Part shown: piece after piece, positions 44,639-54,307 of the stretch
How the letters are laid out: every line of letters starts with the position of its first letter
Position numbering within the stretch: position 1 is the first letter of the stretch
Assembly: GCA_964195565.1 (NCBI GenBank)
Contig: CAXMRN010000117.1
Coordinates: 4,087-68,086, forward strand
Source: an uncultured Polyangiaceae bacterium
GTDB taxonomy: Bacteria; Myxococcota_A; Polyangia; Polyangiales; Houyiibacteriaceae
DNA: 64,000 bases
Reading direction: 5' to 3'
Made by a program: the position numbers and the translations under genes
The notes under the pieces: model-generated
Told to the model about the DNA's origin: nothing
Databases searched by the model: none
What the model saw: the letters and a program-made list of their open reading frames with translations, nothing else

Positions 44639-47293
44639 CTAATTGGCCAGTCGGGCTCGAGCTGCCCTGTTTTTCGGGTCGACGGACAACGCTCTACGCC
44701 AGGCCTTGCGTGCCGCGTCCATATCACCCTCGAGCCGCAGGGCGTCGCCGTACAGGATGTGATACTCCGCCCGGCGCGGTCGCTTTCGCACGGCCTTCTT
44801 GGCCCACTTGGCGGCCCGTTCGCCTTCTTTCTTGCCGATGTACAAGGTTGCGTAGCCGGCCATGGCCTGCGGGTTCTTCGGGTCTAGCTCCCAAGCGCGG
44901 TCGAGGGTCGCCTCGGCGAGGCGAAGCTGGCCGCTCCGGATCATCGGGAGTGCACGGTGTACGAGCACATCGGAGGCCTTGGCGGGGTCTCGCGGCAGGT
45001 TGTGGGTGGGAACCGCAAGGGTCTTCGACTTGGGGGCGCTCGGTGCCGCCTCTTTCGCCTTGGGTGCCGGTCGCGGTTCGGCTTTGACCTTCTCCTTCGC
45101 CGGCTCCTTGGTGGCGGGCTTGGCAGGCGTCACCGCCGGTCGCGCGGCTTCGGCTTTCGTTGCTTCCACGTCGGTGGGCTCGCGCTGCTCGACCGCTTCG
45201 AGCCCGTTGACCCGTCCGGTGATGGGGCCCTTCTCGCCTTCGGCAGCGGAGGCCACCGTGTCGGGGTTGCTCCGTGCCCAGAGCTGCCAACCAAAGACGC
45301 CGAGCCCGGCGAGCACGGTCACCAGGATCAACACTTGAATCCATGCGGCCATGCCATGAGACGTGGGTGCCGGTCCCAGTAGGGTCGCCGGGCCTTCGAG
45401 CATCCGCGCCAGCTCAGGCTCGAATTGCTGGTCTTCTTGGTACATCGGAACCGGCGCCGGCTTTCGGCTCTGGGGCGGAGGCGGCGGAGGGGTCGGCTTA
45501 CGTGGCGCTGGGGTCGTCTTGCCTTCGTCTGGCAGCACTTCGAACGCAGGCGCCAGGCCGAGCTGAGTGGACTTCGGCTGTCGCTTGATCGCGTGGTCGG
45601 TGTGGCCGTTGTCGGCTGCGTGCTCCTGCATCGCGGCGTTGGCCGGGATTGGAAGGCGCCGTGTCTCCACGCGTCCGAGCATTTGTGCCACCTTGTTCGT
45701 CGGCTCCTCTTCTTCAGGAAACGCCTGCGGCTGCGGGCCACCGACGGCCGCTTGGAGGTGTTCAAAGCGCGGCGGCGCCATGGTCCGGGCCGCTTCCAGT
45801 CCGGCCGTTGGGTCTACCCCGGGTGGAACGGTCGCGTGCTCTTCGACTTCAGGCTGCACTGGCGGAATCGTCGCGGCGTTCACCTCGACGCTGGCTGCGC
45901 CATCCGCGAACCCGAGCTCGTGCGAAACGACGCCGAGTGCCTCGTCGACCGGCATCATGATATTGGCCACCGAAGGCAGGTCCTGCTCGCGGATCGATAC
46001 GCGGCCGGAGTTGAGACCCCAAAGCGCGAGGAGGGCCGGCATGCCTTGCAAGTTCTGGGTGCCGTCCTCGCGTAGTGTGGCGTAGGCGCCCACGATCGAG
46101 TTGTCGGCAATGTCGATCTCGATGCTGCGTTTGTGTCCGCCAATGCTCAAGTGGCGCACCCCGGGCATGGACCCGAGCGCCCGCAACAAACGTCCCGGGC
46201 CGATGAGCTCGAGCCGCGTGTCAAAGTCGACTTCATCTTCGACACGGCGGGCCATCTCGGCGTCCTGGTCGATCATTGGAATGATGCGGCCGGCGAGCTG
46301 CGCCAGGTCGGGCTCCGCGTCGGACGCGGAGGTTGGCCAGAAGTCTTCCCAGCGCACCACGAGCATCGATGCCCAACGAAGCTGGGGGTCCTTGCGCATC
46401 GCGCGCACGAACTCGAGGCCATGCGCACCGACGGCGCTAGAATCCAACACGACGATCTGTGGGTCGACTTCTCGAATCCTCGGAATGACCGCCGTAGAAA
46501 AGTCGGCTGCCGCAATTTGAACGCCGCGCGCGCTCAAGACGTGCGCGAGTTTCTCCGCCCGGAGTTCATCGGAATCGAGAATGACCACGCGCGCGCCTCG
46601 CAGACCACTCAGGTCGACCTCTACAGGCTCCATCGCCGCCGGCAACGCGGAGAGCCGGCCTCCGCTGGTTTCGTGAAACTCGTATTCGAGGGACTCCGAC
46701 TCCCCCATGGCTTCGCGCAGGCGGTCGAGAATCAGCTCCGTGTTGTGCGCAGAGGCGCGCTCGGTTTCGACGACCACCGGCATGCCTTCGATCACTCCCT
46801 CCGGCGAGCGCACGCTCAGGATCCCGGTCTTCATGTCGTTGGAGATGAGGTCGACGACGTCTTGCAAGTTGTGTTCGTTGATCTTGCCCGTCATGAGCCC
46901 GGGTCGCTCCGGAACTTCGTCCGCGAGTTCGGCGAGCCTCCGTGCGATGGCGTCCGCGCCGGCGCCTCGTGGCACGATCGCGACTGCCCCGGTTCGGAAG
47001 TCCTGCCCCTCGTGCTTGAGGACCGCGTCGTTCGATACGACCGCGACCGGCAGCACATCGGTCGCCCGATTCGCGGCCATGCGTCGCACCACGCTCGCGC
47101 CACCGCGCACCGCAGCGTCGCCAATTAGAACGACCAAGTCCGGCGCGTACACACGGACTGCTTGTTCGAGCTCTGCCGTTGCACAACCAGCGACGGATAT
47201 CCCATGGCGCCGAAGCGCTTCCCCCAACGCTGTCTGCATCGGTTCGCCCTGGCCCACCATCAAAACAGTAGGCCGGTGCTCCTCATCCGACAT
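44639..47293 (-). CDS. Multidomain membrane protein: two receiver-like domains, DUF4388-like segments, Pro-rich linker, TM helix, TPR
   Basis: TVLMVG...PDLVVL, RVVILD...PQIVVLD, TM IQVLILVTVLAGLGVFGW, C-terminal TPRs (AWELDPKN, ALSVDPKN). Confidence 0.7.
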   Translation of the reverse strand: MSDEEHRPTVLMVGQGEPMQTALGEALRRHGISVAGCATAELEQAVRVYAPDLVVLIGDAAVRGGASVVRRMAANRATDVLPVAVVSNDAVLKHEGQDFRTGAVAIVPRGAGADAIARRLAELADEVPERPGLMTGKINEHNLQDVVDLISNDMKTGILSVRSPEGVIEGMPVVVETERASAHNTELILDRLREAMGESESLEYEFHETSGGRLSALPAAMEPVEVDLSGLRGARVVILDSDELRAEKLAHVLSARGVQIAAADFSTAVIPRIREVDPQIVVLDSSAVGAHGLEFVRAMRKDPQLRWASMLVVRWEDFWPTSASDAEPDLAQLAGRIIPMIDQDAEMARRVEDEVDFDTRLELIGPGRLLRALGSMPGVRHLSIGGHKRSIEIDIADNSIVGAYATLREDGTQNLQGMPALLALWGLNSGRVSIREQDLPSVANIMMPVDEALGVVSHELGFADGAASVEVNAATIPPVQPEVEEHATVPPGVDPTAGLEAARTMAPPRFEHLQAAVGGPQPQAFPEEEEPTNKVAQMLGRVETRRLPIPANAAMQEHAADNGHTDHAIKRQPKSTQLGLAPAFEVLPDEGKTTPAPRKPTPPPPPPQSRKPAPVPMYQEDQQFEPELARMLEGPATLLGPAPTSHGMAAWIQVLILVTVLAGLGVFGWQLWARSNPDTVASAAEGEKGPITGRVNGLEAVEQREPTDVEATKAEAARPAVTPAKPATKEPAKEKVKAEPRPAPKAKEAAPSAPKSKTLAVPTHNLPRDPAKASDVLVHRALPMIRSGQLRLAEATLDRAWELDPKNPQAMAGYATLYIGKKEGERAAKWAKKAVRKRPRRAEYHILYGDALRLEGDMDAARKAWRRALSVDPKNRAARARLAN

Positions 47294-47369
47294 CGTCCGA
47301 ATGGTGGCCGATTCTGGTCGATTTCGCCAGCTTGGTGCGCCGCGCGTTGTTGGCTATGCTCCGCGCCGC

Positions 47370-48005
47370 ATGACCGTTCTACCAATTGAGTTCCTCCGGG
47401 AGAGCTTTCCCAAGCTTTTCGCCCGGGGGGTGGAAGTCCTCGAGGCGCGCGCCTCGGGAGGCGATGACCGAGCCCAGCGTATCCTCGATGACGTCAAGGG
47501 CGTCACGGGCGCCGCTAGCCTCCAGATCGACGATGAGTCGCCGATCGTGCTTTCCGCCAGTGCGGGGGTGCTCAGCGCCGGCGACGACCCTGGTGAAGGA
47601 GTGCCGATCAAGATCGTCGCGGCGCTGCCAGGCGATGCTGCTGCCCTTTTGCTGGGGGAAATCGCGAAAACCGGGGCTCTCGAGGATGACGAGGTGGCCA
47701 TCGGGGCCGCCCAAACCGCCTCGAAGCGGTTCGAGGACGCGCTTGCCGGCCGGCCGATGACCAGTTTTGTGACGCTTCGGGGGGTCCCAGACGTCGGAGA
47801 CGTCGAGGTCCGCGTTGGCTTCAACGTCCCCGAGGTCCCGAAAGACCCTGGTTTCACGGCGGAGCTGCAGTTCGCGGACCTGGAAATGGTCCAGCGCGGC
47901 GAGCTGACGGTTCAGGAGCTGTTCCTGGGCGGGAAGCTGAAAATGGAGGGCGACTATTCGTTGGCGCTCCAGCTTTCGATGCAACTTCTGACGAACCCCC
48001 TCTGA
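47370..48005 (+). CDS. SCP2 sterol/lipid-binding domain protein
   Basis: C-terminal GELTVQELFLGGKLKMEGDYSLALQL SCP2 signature. Start trimmed to ATG 47370. Confidence 0.75.
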   Translation: MTVLPIEFLRESFPKLFARGVEVLEARASGGDDRAQRILDDVKGVTGAASLQIDDESPIVLSASAGVLSAGDDPGEGVPIKIVAALPGDAAALLLGEIAKTGALEDDEVAIGAAQTASKRFEDALAGRPMTSFVTLRGVPDVGDVEVRVGFNVPEVPKDPGFTAELQFADLEMVQRGELTVQELFLGGKLKMEGDYSLALQLSMQLLTNPL

Positions 48006-48119
48006 ACGGAAGTTCTCCATTGCGTGGGGGCGATGCTTCACCAATGAGTGGGCCATAGGCGGCGGAACTTGCCCGGCCCTCCCTGGGTTCGATACTCTGA
48101 TCCTCGTCAACGGGGGATC

Positions 48120-49649
48120 ATGTTTCGGGCAATTGCCAAGAGTCGCTATCTCGTTCCGGGCTTCTTGTGTTTCGCACTCGCGTTCGTCGTCGGTCCCGTA
48201 GGGGTCGCGTCGGGCATGCTGGTGGGCCCACAGGCCGCTTCCATCGCTGGCGTCCTCGCCGCAGTGCTCGGGGTGCTGGGTCTCCTGATCATCGCGTCGG
48301 GGTTGCCCCTCTCGATCGAGATTGAAGAGGTTGACGCACAAATTCGTGCCATCCACGTTGAGATCGAAGGGGTCGAGGATGTCATCGGCGAAAACGTGAA
48401 AGCGCTTTCGAGCGGCCTCGGTGAGCAGATGGTTGCCGTTGAAGAGACGGCCCGCGCTCTCAAATCGACGGCGATCTCGCTGCAAGCGATCAGCGATCGC
48501 GTAGAAGCACTTTCGTCCAGCACCGAAGAGAGCTCTTCGAGCATCTTGCAAATGACCGCGACGAACCACGAAGTGGCTGAGAACATGGGCAATCTCGGGT
48601 CGAGCGTTCGTGAAACGGCATCGTCGATCGAGGAGATGACGTACAGCATCAAAGAGGTGGCACGAAACGTCGACGGGCTCGCGCTCACAGCGGAAGAGAC
48701 GTCGTCCTCGATGAACGAGATGGATGTCTCGATCGATCAGGTTCAATCGAACGCGAACGAAACCGCGCGTCTATCTGAGGAAGTGGCGAGCGACGCGGAG
48801 ACGGGGGCGGAGTCGATTCACAAGATCACCGATGAGATCAACCGCATCAAGTCGTCGTCGTTGCAAGCGGTGAGCACAATCTCCAACCTGGGCGACCGAA
48901 TCGAGGCGATTGGCGACATCTTGAACGTCATCGACGATGTGGCTGAGCAGACCAATCTGTTGGCGCTGAATGCGGCGATCATCGCGGCGCAGGCCGGCGA
49001 GCACGGCAAAGGCTTTGCGGTCGTCGCGGACGAGATCAAAGATCTCGCAGAGCGCGCAGGAGCCTCGACCAAAGAGATCGCCGAGCTGATCAAGACCATC
49101 CAGGAAGAGACCAAGAACGCGATCGAGGCAGTCGAGCTGGGCGCGAGCACGGTAGACCGAGGCGTGACCGTGAGCGCGGAGGCCGAGAGCGCGCTCAAGA
49201 AGATCCTCGAGTCGTCGAGGCAGTCGACCGCGATGGTGCGCGGCATTGCACGGGCGACGGTCGAACAGGCCAAGGGATCGAGGCAGGTGACCGATGCGAT
49301 CGGGCGCATTGCAGAGACGGTTCAGCAGATCGCCGCAGCGACAGCCGAGCAGGCGCGTGGCTCGGAGCTGATCATGAAGAGCGCCGACAACATGCGCCTG
49401 ATCACGCAGCAGATGGAGCGCAGCAGCCAAGAGCAGGCCGAGGGCGGACGCCAGATGACTGGCGCGATCGAGAACATCTCCGACATGGTCCTGCAGCTCC
49501 ACCAGTCTCACCGGAAGCATTCGGAGAGCTCTGAGCAGACGCTGGCCGCGGCGAATCGGATTCAGGAGCTGACGCGCGACTACGAGAGACGCGTCCGCAC
49601 CATGAACCAGGCGCTCGAGCGGCTTCGTCAGATTCGTTTCGCGTCGTGA
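48120..49649 (+). CDS. Methyl-accepting chemotaxis protein
   Basis: [40 protein letters not shown] hairpin tip; two closely spaced N-terminal TM helices. Confidence 0.92.
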   Translation: MFRAIAKSRYLVPGFLCFALAFVVGPVGVASGMLVGPQAASIAGVLAAVLGVLGLLIIASGLPLSIEIEEVDAQIRAIHVEIEGVEDVIGENVKALSSGLGEQMVAVEETARALKSTAISLQAISDRVEALSSSTEESSSSILQMTATNHEVAENMGNLGSSVRETASSIEEMTYSIKEVARNVDGLALTAEETSSSMNEMDVSIDQVQSNANETARLSEEVASDAETGAESIHKITDEINRIKSSSLQAVSTISNLGDRIEAIGDILNVIDDVAEQTNLLALNAAIIAAQAGEHGKGFAVVADEIKDLAERAGASTKEIAELIKTIQEETKNAIEAVELGASTVDRGVTVSAEAESALKKILESSRQSTAMVRGIARATVEQAKGSRQVTDAIGRIAETVQQIAAATAEQARGSELIMKSADNMRLITQQMERSSQEQAEGGRQMTGAIENISDMVLQLHQSHRKHSESSEQTLAAANRIQELTRDYERRVRTMNQALERLRQIRFAS

Positions 49650-49740
49650 TCCCGGTCAATACAGGGCGGTTGTTCCTGCAAGGTCCCCGCCGGGGGCTCC
49701 GGTTGCCTTTCGGGGGTGCAACGATTCATCTTTGGGGCTC

Positions 49741-50130
49741 ATGTTTGGCATTGGCCCAACCGAACTAGCTTTCTTCCTCGTGATCGTCCTGCTGGCAGTG
49801 GGCCCTGACAAGCTGCCCACGTTCATGCGGACCGTCGGCAAGGGGCTTCGCCAAGTTCGCAACGCGAGCCGCGACTTCAAGGACGCCATCGGGCTCGACG
49901 ACCTCATGCGTGAAGGGGACCCATTCCGCGCTCCGCCGGTTCGTCCTCCAAGAGCGAAGCCCGTTCCGTTGCCCGACAAGACGCCGGCTCCGCCGCCGAG
50001 CGCGGAAGCGACCAAGGCCGCGTCGGACGCTGCGGCGCCGACTCCGTCTCCGACGTCGCCCGCGAGCGGTGAGCCCGAGCCTGCTGCGGAAGCGGAAGCG
50101 GACCCGCCGACCGAGGCCGACCATTCATGA
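49741..50130 (+). CDS. tatB: Twin-arginine translocase TatB
   Basis: MFGIGPTELAFFLVIVLLAVGPDKLP, amphipathic helix, Pro-rich tail. Upstream of tatC. Confidence 0.85.
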   Translation: MFGIGPTELAFFLVIVLLAVGPDKLPTFMRTVGKGLRQVRNASRDFKDAIGLDDLMREGDPFRAPPVRPPRAKPVPLPDKTPAPPPSAEATKAASDAAAPTPSPTSPASGEPEPAAEAEADPPTEADHS

Positions 50131-50927
50131 CCTCCGACCAGATCCAGATCCCCGAACCGCAGCTGCCGCCGGTTCCCGAGCAAGAAGAGGAGATGACTTT
50201 CTTCCAACATCTCGGAGAGCTCCGTTCGCGCTTGCTCCGTTCGGTCCTCGGGTTGATTCCAGCCGTCGCGGTCGGATGGTTCTTCAAAACCGAGATCAAA
50301 GATTTCCTGGTGGCGCCGCTTCAGCCTGCTTGGGAGAAGCTCGAGCTGCCGGGTCAGGCGGTGTTGCGATTCTCCGGGCCGGCGGACGCCTTCATGATGT
50401 ACATGAAGAACTCCCTCATCGCCGGCGTGCTCCTCGCGTCGCCGTGGATTTTCTGGCAGCTCTGGATGTTCATCGCGCCCGGCCTGTACAAGAAAGAGAA
50501 GGCGCTCGCGATTCCATTCATCGTCGCGTCCACCGTGTGCTTCGCGGGTGGCGCTGTCTTTGGGTACAAGCTCGTGTTCCCCGAAGCGTTTACCGTCTTG
50601 CTGGGATTCAGCGACGAAACCCTGGTCGCGACGCTCTTCGTCAAAGACTACATGCCCTTCTTCCGCAGGATGTTGTTGGCCTTCGGTATCGTCTTCGAGG
50701 TCCCCGTCGTCGTGACATTCCTCGCGGGCGCGGGAATGGTGACTTGGCAGCAGCTATTGAAGTTTTCTCGCTGGTGGATCGTGTGCGCCTCGTTCATCTC
50801 GATGCTGCTCACGCCGCAGGACGTCTACACGATGGTCATGATGCTGATCCCGCTGGTGCTGCTCTACTTCGTCGGGGTTGGCTGCGCGTACCTGATCTCG
50901 ATTTTCCAGAAGAAACCAGTGCCTTAG
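50127..50927 (+). CDS. tatC: Twin-arginine translocase TatC
   Basis: HLGELRSRL, QLWMFIAPGLYKKE, FGIVFEVP, LTPQD. Confidence 0.95.
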   Translation: MTSDQIQIPEPQLPPVPEQEEEMTFFQHLGELRSRLLRSVLGLIPAVAVGWFFKTEIKDFLVAPLQPAWEKLELPGQAVLRFSGPADAFMMYMKNSLIAGVLLASPWIFWQLWMFIAPGLYKKEKALAIPFIVASTVCFAGGAVFGYKLVFPEAFTVLLGFSDETLVATLFVKDYMPFFRRMLLAFGIVFEVPVVVTFLAGAGMVTWQQLLKFSRWWIVCASFISMLLTPQDVYTMVMMLIPLVLLYFVGVGCAYLISIFQKKPVP

Positions 50928-51766
50928 CCGCGCTCGGGCACCGGGTAGGGCGGGAACTTCGGCACATCGTCAGGGATGAACCAGTTCTCGCCCCAAACGC
51001 TGGCGCCACCGTCGATGTAGAACGTCTGGCCCACCACGAAGTCCGCGTAGCGTGAAGCGAGGTAGGTGATGAGATGAGACACCTCCTCAGCGGTGCCGAG
51101 CCTGTGCAGAGGGTTGGCTTTCTCCGCGTTGTCGAGGAGCTCAGGTGGGTATTGCTTCGTGCCGCTGGTGACGATCACGCCGGGCGCCAACGCATTGACG
51201 CGGATGCCGTGCACGGCCCATTCCACCGCGAGCGTTTTGGTCATATTGTCGACACCGGCGCGAGCCGCACCCGTGTGCACCATGCCAGGGAACCCACGGT
51301 TGACCTGCGCGATCACGTTGACGATTCGTCCTCGCTTCTGTGGGATCATCGCTTTGTTGGCGACGGCGTGGGTCATGCTCCACGTGCCGATGAGGTTGTT
51401 GCGAATGACGGCAGCGAAGCCTTTGGTCGAAAGGGCCTCGGCGGTGGTGGGGAACTGCCCGCCTGCGTTGTTGACCAGCACGTCGATGCGTCCGAAGCGC
51501 TCGAGGACCGACTCTACATACGCGGCAATCGCATCAGGTTCCCGGATGTCACACGGGGCGCCGAACGCGTCGATTCCTTTGGATTCGAGCTCGGCGACCG
51601 CCTCCTTCAACGGGTCCGGGCGCCTGCCGCAAATCGCGATCTTGGCGCCCAAGAGGCCCATCTCGGTCGCGGAGGCGAGGCCGATGCCCGTTCCGCCTCC
51701 CGTGATCAACACAACCTCGTCGGAGAACAACCCGTCCGCGTACACCTGGTCCATGTCGCCGCTCAT
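50924..51766 (-). CDS. SDR oxidoreductase (trans-2-enoyl-CoA reductase / AtuB-like)
   Basis: TGGGTGIG, ICGR, NNAGGQF, HTGAARAG (no YxxxK). Confidence 0.8.
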   Translation of the reverse strand: MSGDMDQVYADGLFSDEVVLITGGGTGIGLASATEMGLLGAKIAICGRRPDPLKEAVAELESKGIDAFGAPCDIREPDAIAAYVESVLERFGRIDVLVNNAGGQFPTTAEALSTKGFAAVIRNNLIGTWSMTHAVANKAMIPQKRGRIVNVIAQVNRGFPGMVHTGAARAGVDNMTKTLAVEWAVHGIRVNALAPGVIVTSGTKQYPPELLDNAEKANPLHRLGTAEEVSHLITYLASRYADFVVGQTFYIDGGASVWGENWFIPDDVPKFPPYPVPERG

Positions 51767-51821
51767 ACCACGCCGCATGAGGCGCGACGATTCGACTCCC
51801 AGACCGCCGAGCGGTCCCGGA

Positions 51822-52211
51822 TCAGACCACCGCGGCCGCTTCGGTGTCCCGGATCAGGCCAGACACGAGCTCGCGCAAGTCCTCCGCGAAGAAAGGCTTC
51901 GGGAGCGTGGCTTCGACGTTGAGGCGGCGCGCGATTTCGTTTCGCGCCGTGCTCGCGCTGAGGAGGATCACCGGCACATCGGTGTGTCTCCACCGGCGGC
52001 GGAATTCGCGCAGGAACATCTCGCCGTCTTCGACGGGGAGCATCAGGTCGACCACCATCAAGTCCGGCAACTGCACCGCGCACTGCGCCAGCGCCGAACC
52101 GACGTCGCCCGCCGCGATGACCGTATGCCCGTCGTGTTGCAGCATGACCTCGAGCATGTGGCGCACCGAGGGATCGTCATCGAGAACGAGGATCGTCTTC
52201 TTTGCGGTCAC
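51822..52211 (-). CDS. Single-domain response regulator
   Basis: ILVLDDD, VVDLMLP (phospho-Asp), LLSA, PKPF. Confidence 0.88.
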   Translation of the reverse strand: MTAKKTILVLDDDPSVRHMLEVMLQHDGHTVIAAGDVGSALAQCAVQLPDLMVVDLMLPVEDGEMFLREFRRRWRHTDVPVILLSASTARNEIARRLNVEATLPKPFFAEDLRELVSGLIRDTEAAAVV

Positions 52212-52289
52212 TCATGCATCCTAACAGGAGGTTTGCCCATCGCGAATATGCGCTCACTGCCTACATGGGAGCTGCTACGCTCACCTCGT

Positions 52290-52889
52290 ATGACGCCCGG
52301 TGCCCATGTTGCCATCGCAGCGCTCTGTTGTTCGCTGGCTTGTGCGGGCGCGTGCGCCGGACACAACCCTCCGCCGCCATCGCGCAGCGTGCTCGCGCCA
52401 AGCGAGCTCTACCCGCTCAAAACGGGCAACGCATGGTCCTACGACGTCGACACCGGTGAGGCCTCGACGACCCTCGGGATCACTCGGGTCGAGGCGTTCG
52501 ACGGGCGCATCGCAGAGGTGCACACCGGGCGCGCTGTCGTGCGCTACGAGGTGCTTCCTGAAGGCATCCGTGTGCCTCCCGACGACGCCTGGTTGGTCCG
52601 CGTGCCGCTCGTCGAAGGGGCGACGTGGCCAGGCCGAGGCGGACGTGCTGCGCGGTTGGTCTCGACCGGCATGACCATCGAGACGCCTGCCGGCACCTTC
52701 GACCAATGTATTGAAGTCGCGGAGACCGGCGGGGAGCTCGAGCTCGAAGTCAGCACGGTGTACTGCCCACGAGTCGGCCCCGTGCGAGTCGTTTCAACGA
52801 TGCGCTCGAACCTGAGCGATCGTGTGGTGCAGGTCTCTGCGCAGCTTCGCGGCTACGACGTCAATCCTGCTCGGCCTTCGGATCGGTAG
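52290..52889 (+). CDS. Hypothetical exported beta-rich (lipo)protein
   Basis: Signal/lipobox region ACAGA|C; YPLKTGNAWSY, TPAGTF..C, YCPRVGPV motifs. Confidence 0.65.
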   Translation: MTPGAHVAIAALCCSLACAGACAGHNPPPPSRSVLAPSELYPLKTGNAWSYDVDTGEASTTLGITRVEAFDGRIAEVHTGRAVVRYEVLPEGIRVPPDDAWLVRVPLVEGATWPGRGGRAARLVSTGMTIETPAGTFDQCIEVAETGGELELEVSTVYCPRVGPVRVVSTMRSNLSDRVVQVSAQLRGYDVNPARPSDR

Positions 52890-53286
52890 GCGCGACTTCG
52901 ACCTCGATGAAGTGGGTGCGGAGCTCGACCACCATCGACAACGATCCACTGGCGAGGAAGACCTGCCGCCAAGTTCGACCATTTGCGTCCGCCACTTCGA
53001 GGGCGTGCCGCGTACCGGGGGTCACGCCGAACAGTGTGTTCTCGATCGCCCTGCCATCGAGCAAGACTTCCGCCCCGGGCGGGATGCCGAGCAACTCGAC
53101 CGTCGCCATTGCCGCGTCGGGGGCCGGTTCCACGATTCCCCCTGCTCCGAGGTCGCGCTCCATCAGCGCCCAGGCGATGGCCACCAACACCGCAAGCACC
53201 GAGAACGCCATCATCCAACGGCTGTCCAAGACGCGCCCCACGCTTTTCAGAGGTTTCCCATCGTGGTCTCTAGGAGGGTGGGCCAT
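52861..53286 (-). CDS. Membrane-anchored PEGA-like domain protein
   Basis: TM MMAFSVLAVLVAIAW, then IPPGAEVLLDG...PGTRHALEV. Confidence 0.6.
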   Translation of the reverse strand: MAHPPRDHDGKPLKSVGRVLDSRWMMAFSVLAVLVAIAWALMERDLGAGGIVEPAPDAAMATVELLGIPPGAEVLLDGRAIENTLFGVTPGTRHALEVADANGRTWRQVFLASGSLSMVVELRTHFIEVEVAPTDPKAEQD

Positions 53287-53383
53287 CGGTGCTCCGCATC
53301 GCCACGGTTTCAGAACGTGCGCGATCGCGTTGCCATTGTAGGATGCTCGCGCATGTTCCGTCACCTTCCGAGGCGGTTTCTCG

Positions 53384-54307
53384 ATGACGACAGCAATTCT
53401 CGAAGCACGCGGCCTTACCAAGAGTTACGGAGACAAGGTCGTCGTGGATCACCTGGACCTTTCCTGTCGGCGGGGCACCGTGCTCGGGCTTCTCGGGCCC
53501 AATGGGGCGGGCAAGACGACCACCCTCCGGATGCTCTACGGGTTCGTGCCGCCTGACGGCGGCTCGATTCATTACGCAGGCAAGCGCTTCGATGACGACC
53601 GTGCCGAGGCCAAGCGCTCGATCGGGGTGTGCACCCAGGAAGACTCCCTCGACTACGATTTCACGGTCGCGCAGAACCTCTTGATTTATGCGAGCTACTT
53701 TCGGCCGAGAGTCGAAGACCTCCCGGGTCGCGTCGCGGAGCTCCTCGATCGGTTCGACCTCGCCGAGTACGCCGATGCCTCGCCGCACGTGCTCTCCGGT
53801 GGCTTCGTCCGTCGGCTGTTGATCGCCCGGTCGATCGTGCACCGGCCTAGCATCTTGTTCCTCGACGAGCCCACGACGGGCCTCGACCCGAGCGCGCGCC
53901 TCGACGTCTGGGAGCTCATCGACAGCATGCGCGCGGAGGGGTTGGCGATCGTTCTGACGACGCACTACATGGACGAGGCCGAACGACTGAGCGACGAGCT
54001 TCTCGTCATTCACGAGGGTCGAAACGTGGCGCACGGCGAGCCCCATCGCGTCATCGATAGTGTGCTCGGTGACCACGTCATAATTGTCCCTCGCGGTGAG
54101 CCGGCCCGCGAAGAGATCGCAACGTGGTTGCACGCGCGCGGAGCGGAGCAGGTGGCAACTGTTCTCGGCGAGCTTCGCGTTCCGGTCAGCAAGGAAGACC
54201 TGGTTGAATTGACCGCGCGGTTCACCGACGCCACTTGGCAGGTGCGCCCGCCCAACCTCGACGACCTTTTCATCGCGCTCGCGCGCCGCAATGGAAGGTT
54301 CGAGTGA
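53384..54307 (+). CDS. ABC-2 exporter ATP-binding subunit (NodI-like)
   Basis: GPNGAGKTT, LSGG, FLDEPTTGLDP, TTHYMDEAE. Confidence 0.9.
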   Translation: MTTAILEARGLTKSYGDKVVVDHLDLSCRRGTVLGLLGPNGAGKTTTLRMLYGFVPPDGGSIHYAGKRFDDDRAEAKRSIGVCTQEDSLDYDFTVAQNLLIYASYFRPRVEDLPGRVAELLDRFDLAEYADASPHVLSGGFVRRLLIARSIVHRPSILFLDEPTTGLDPSARLDVWELIDSMRAEGLAIVLTTHYMDEAERLSDELLVIHEGRNVAHGEPHRVIDSVLGDHVIIVPRGEPAREEIATWLHARGAEQVATVLGELRVPVSKEDLVELTARFTDATWQVRPPNLDDLFIALARRNGRFE

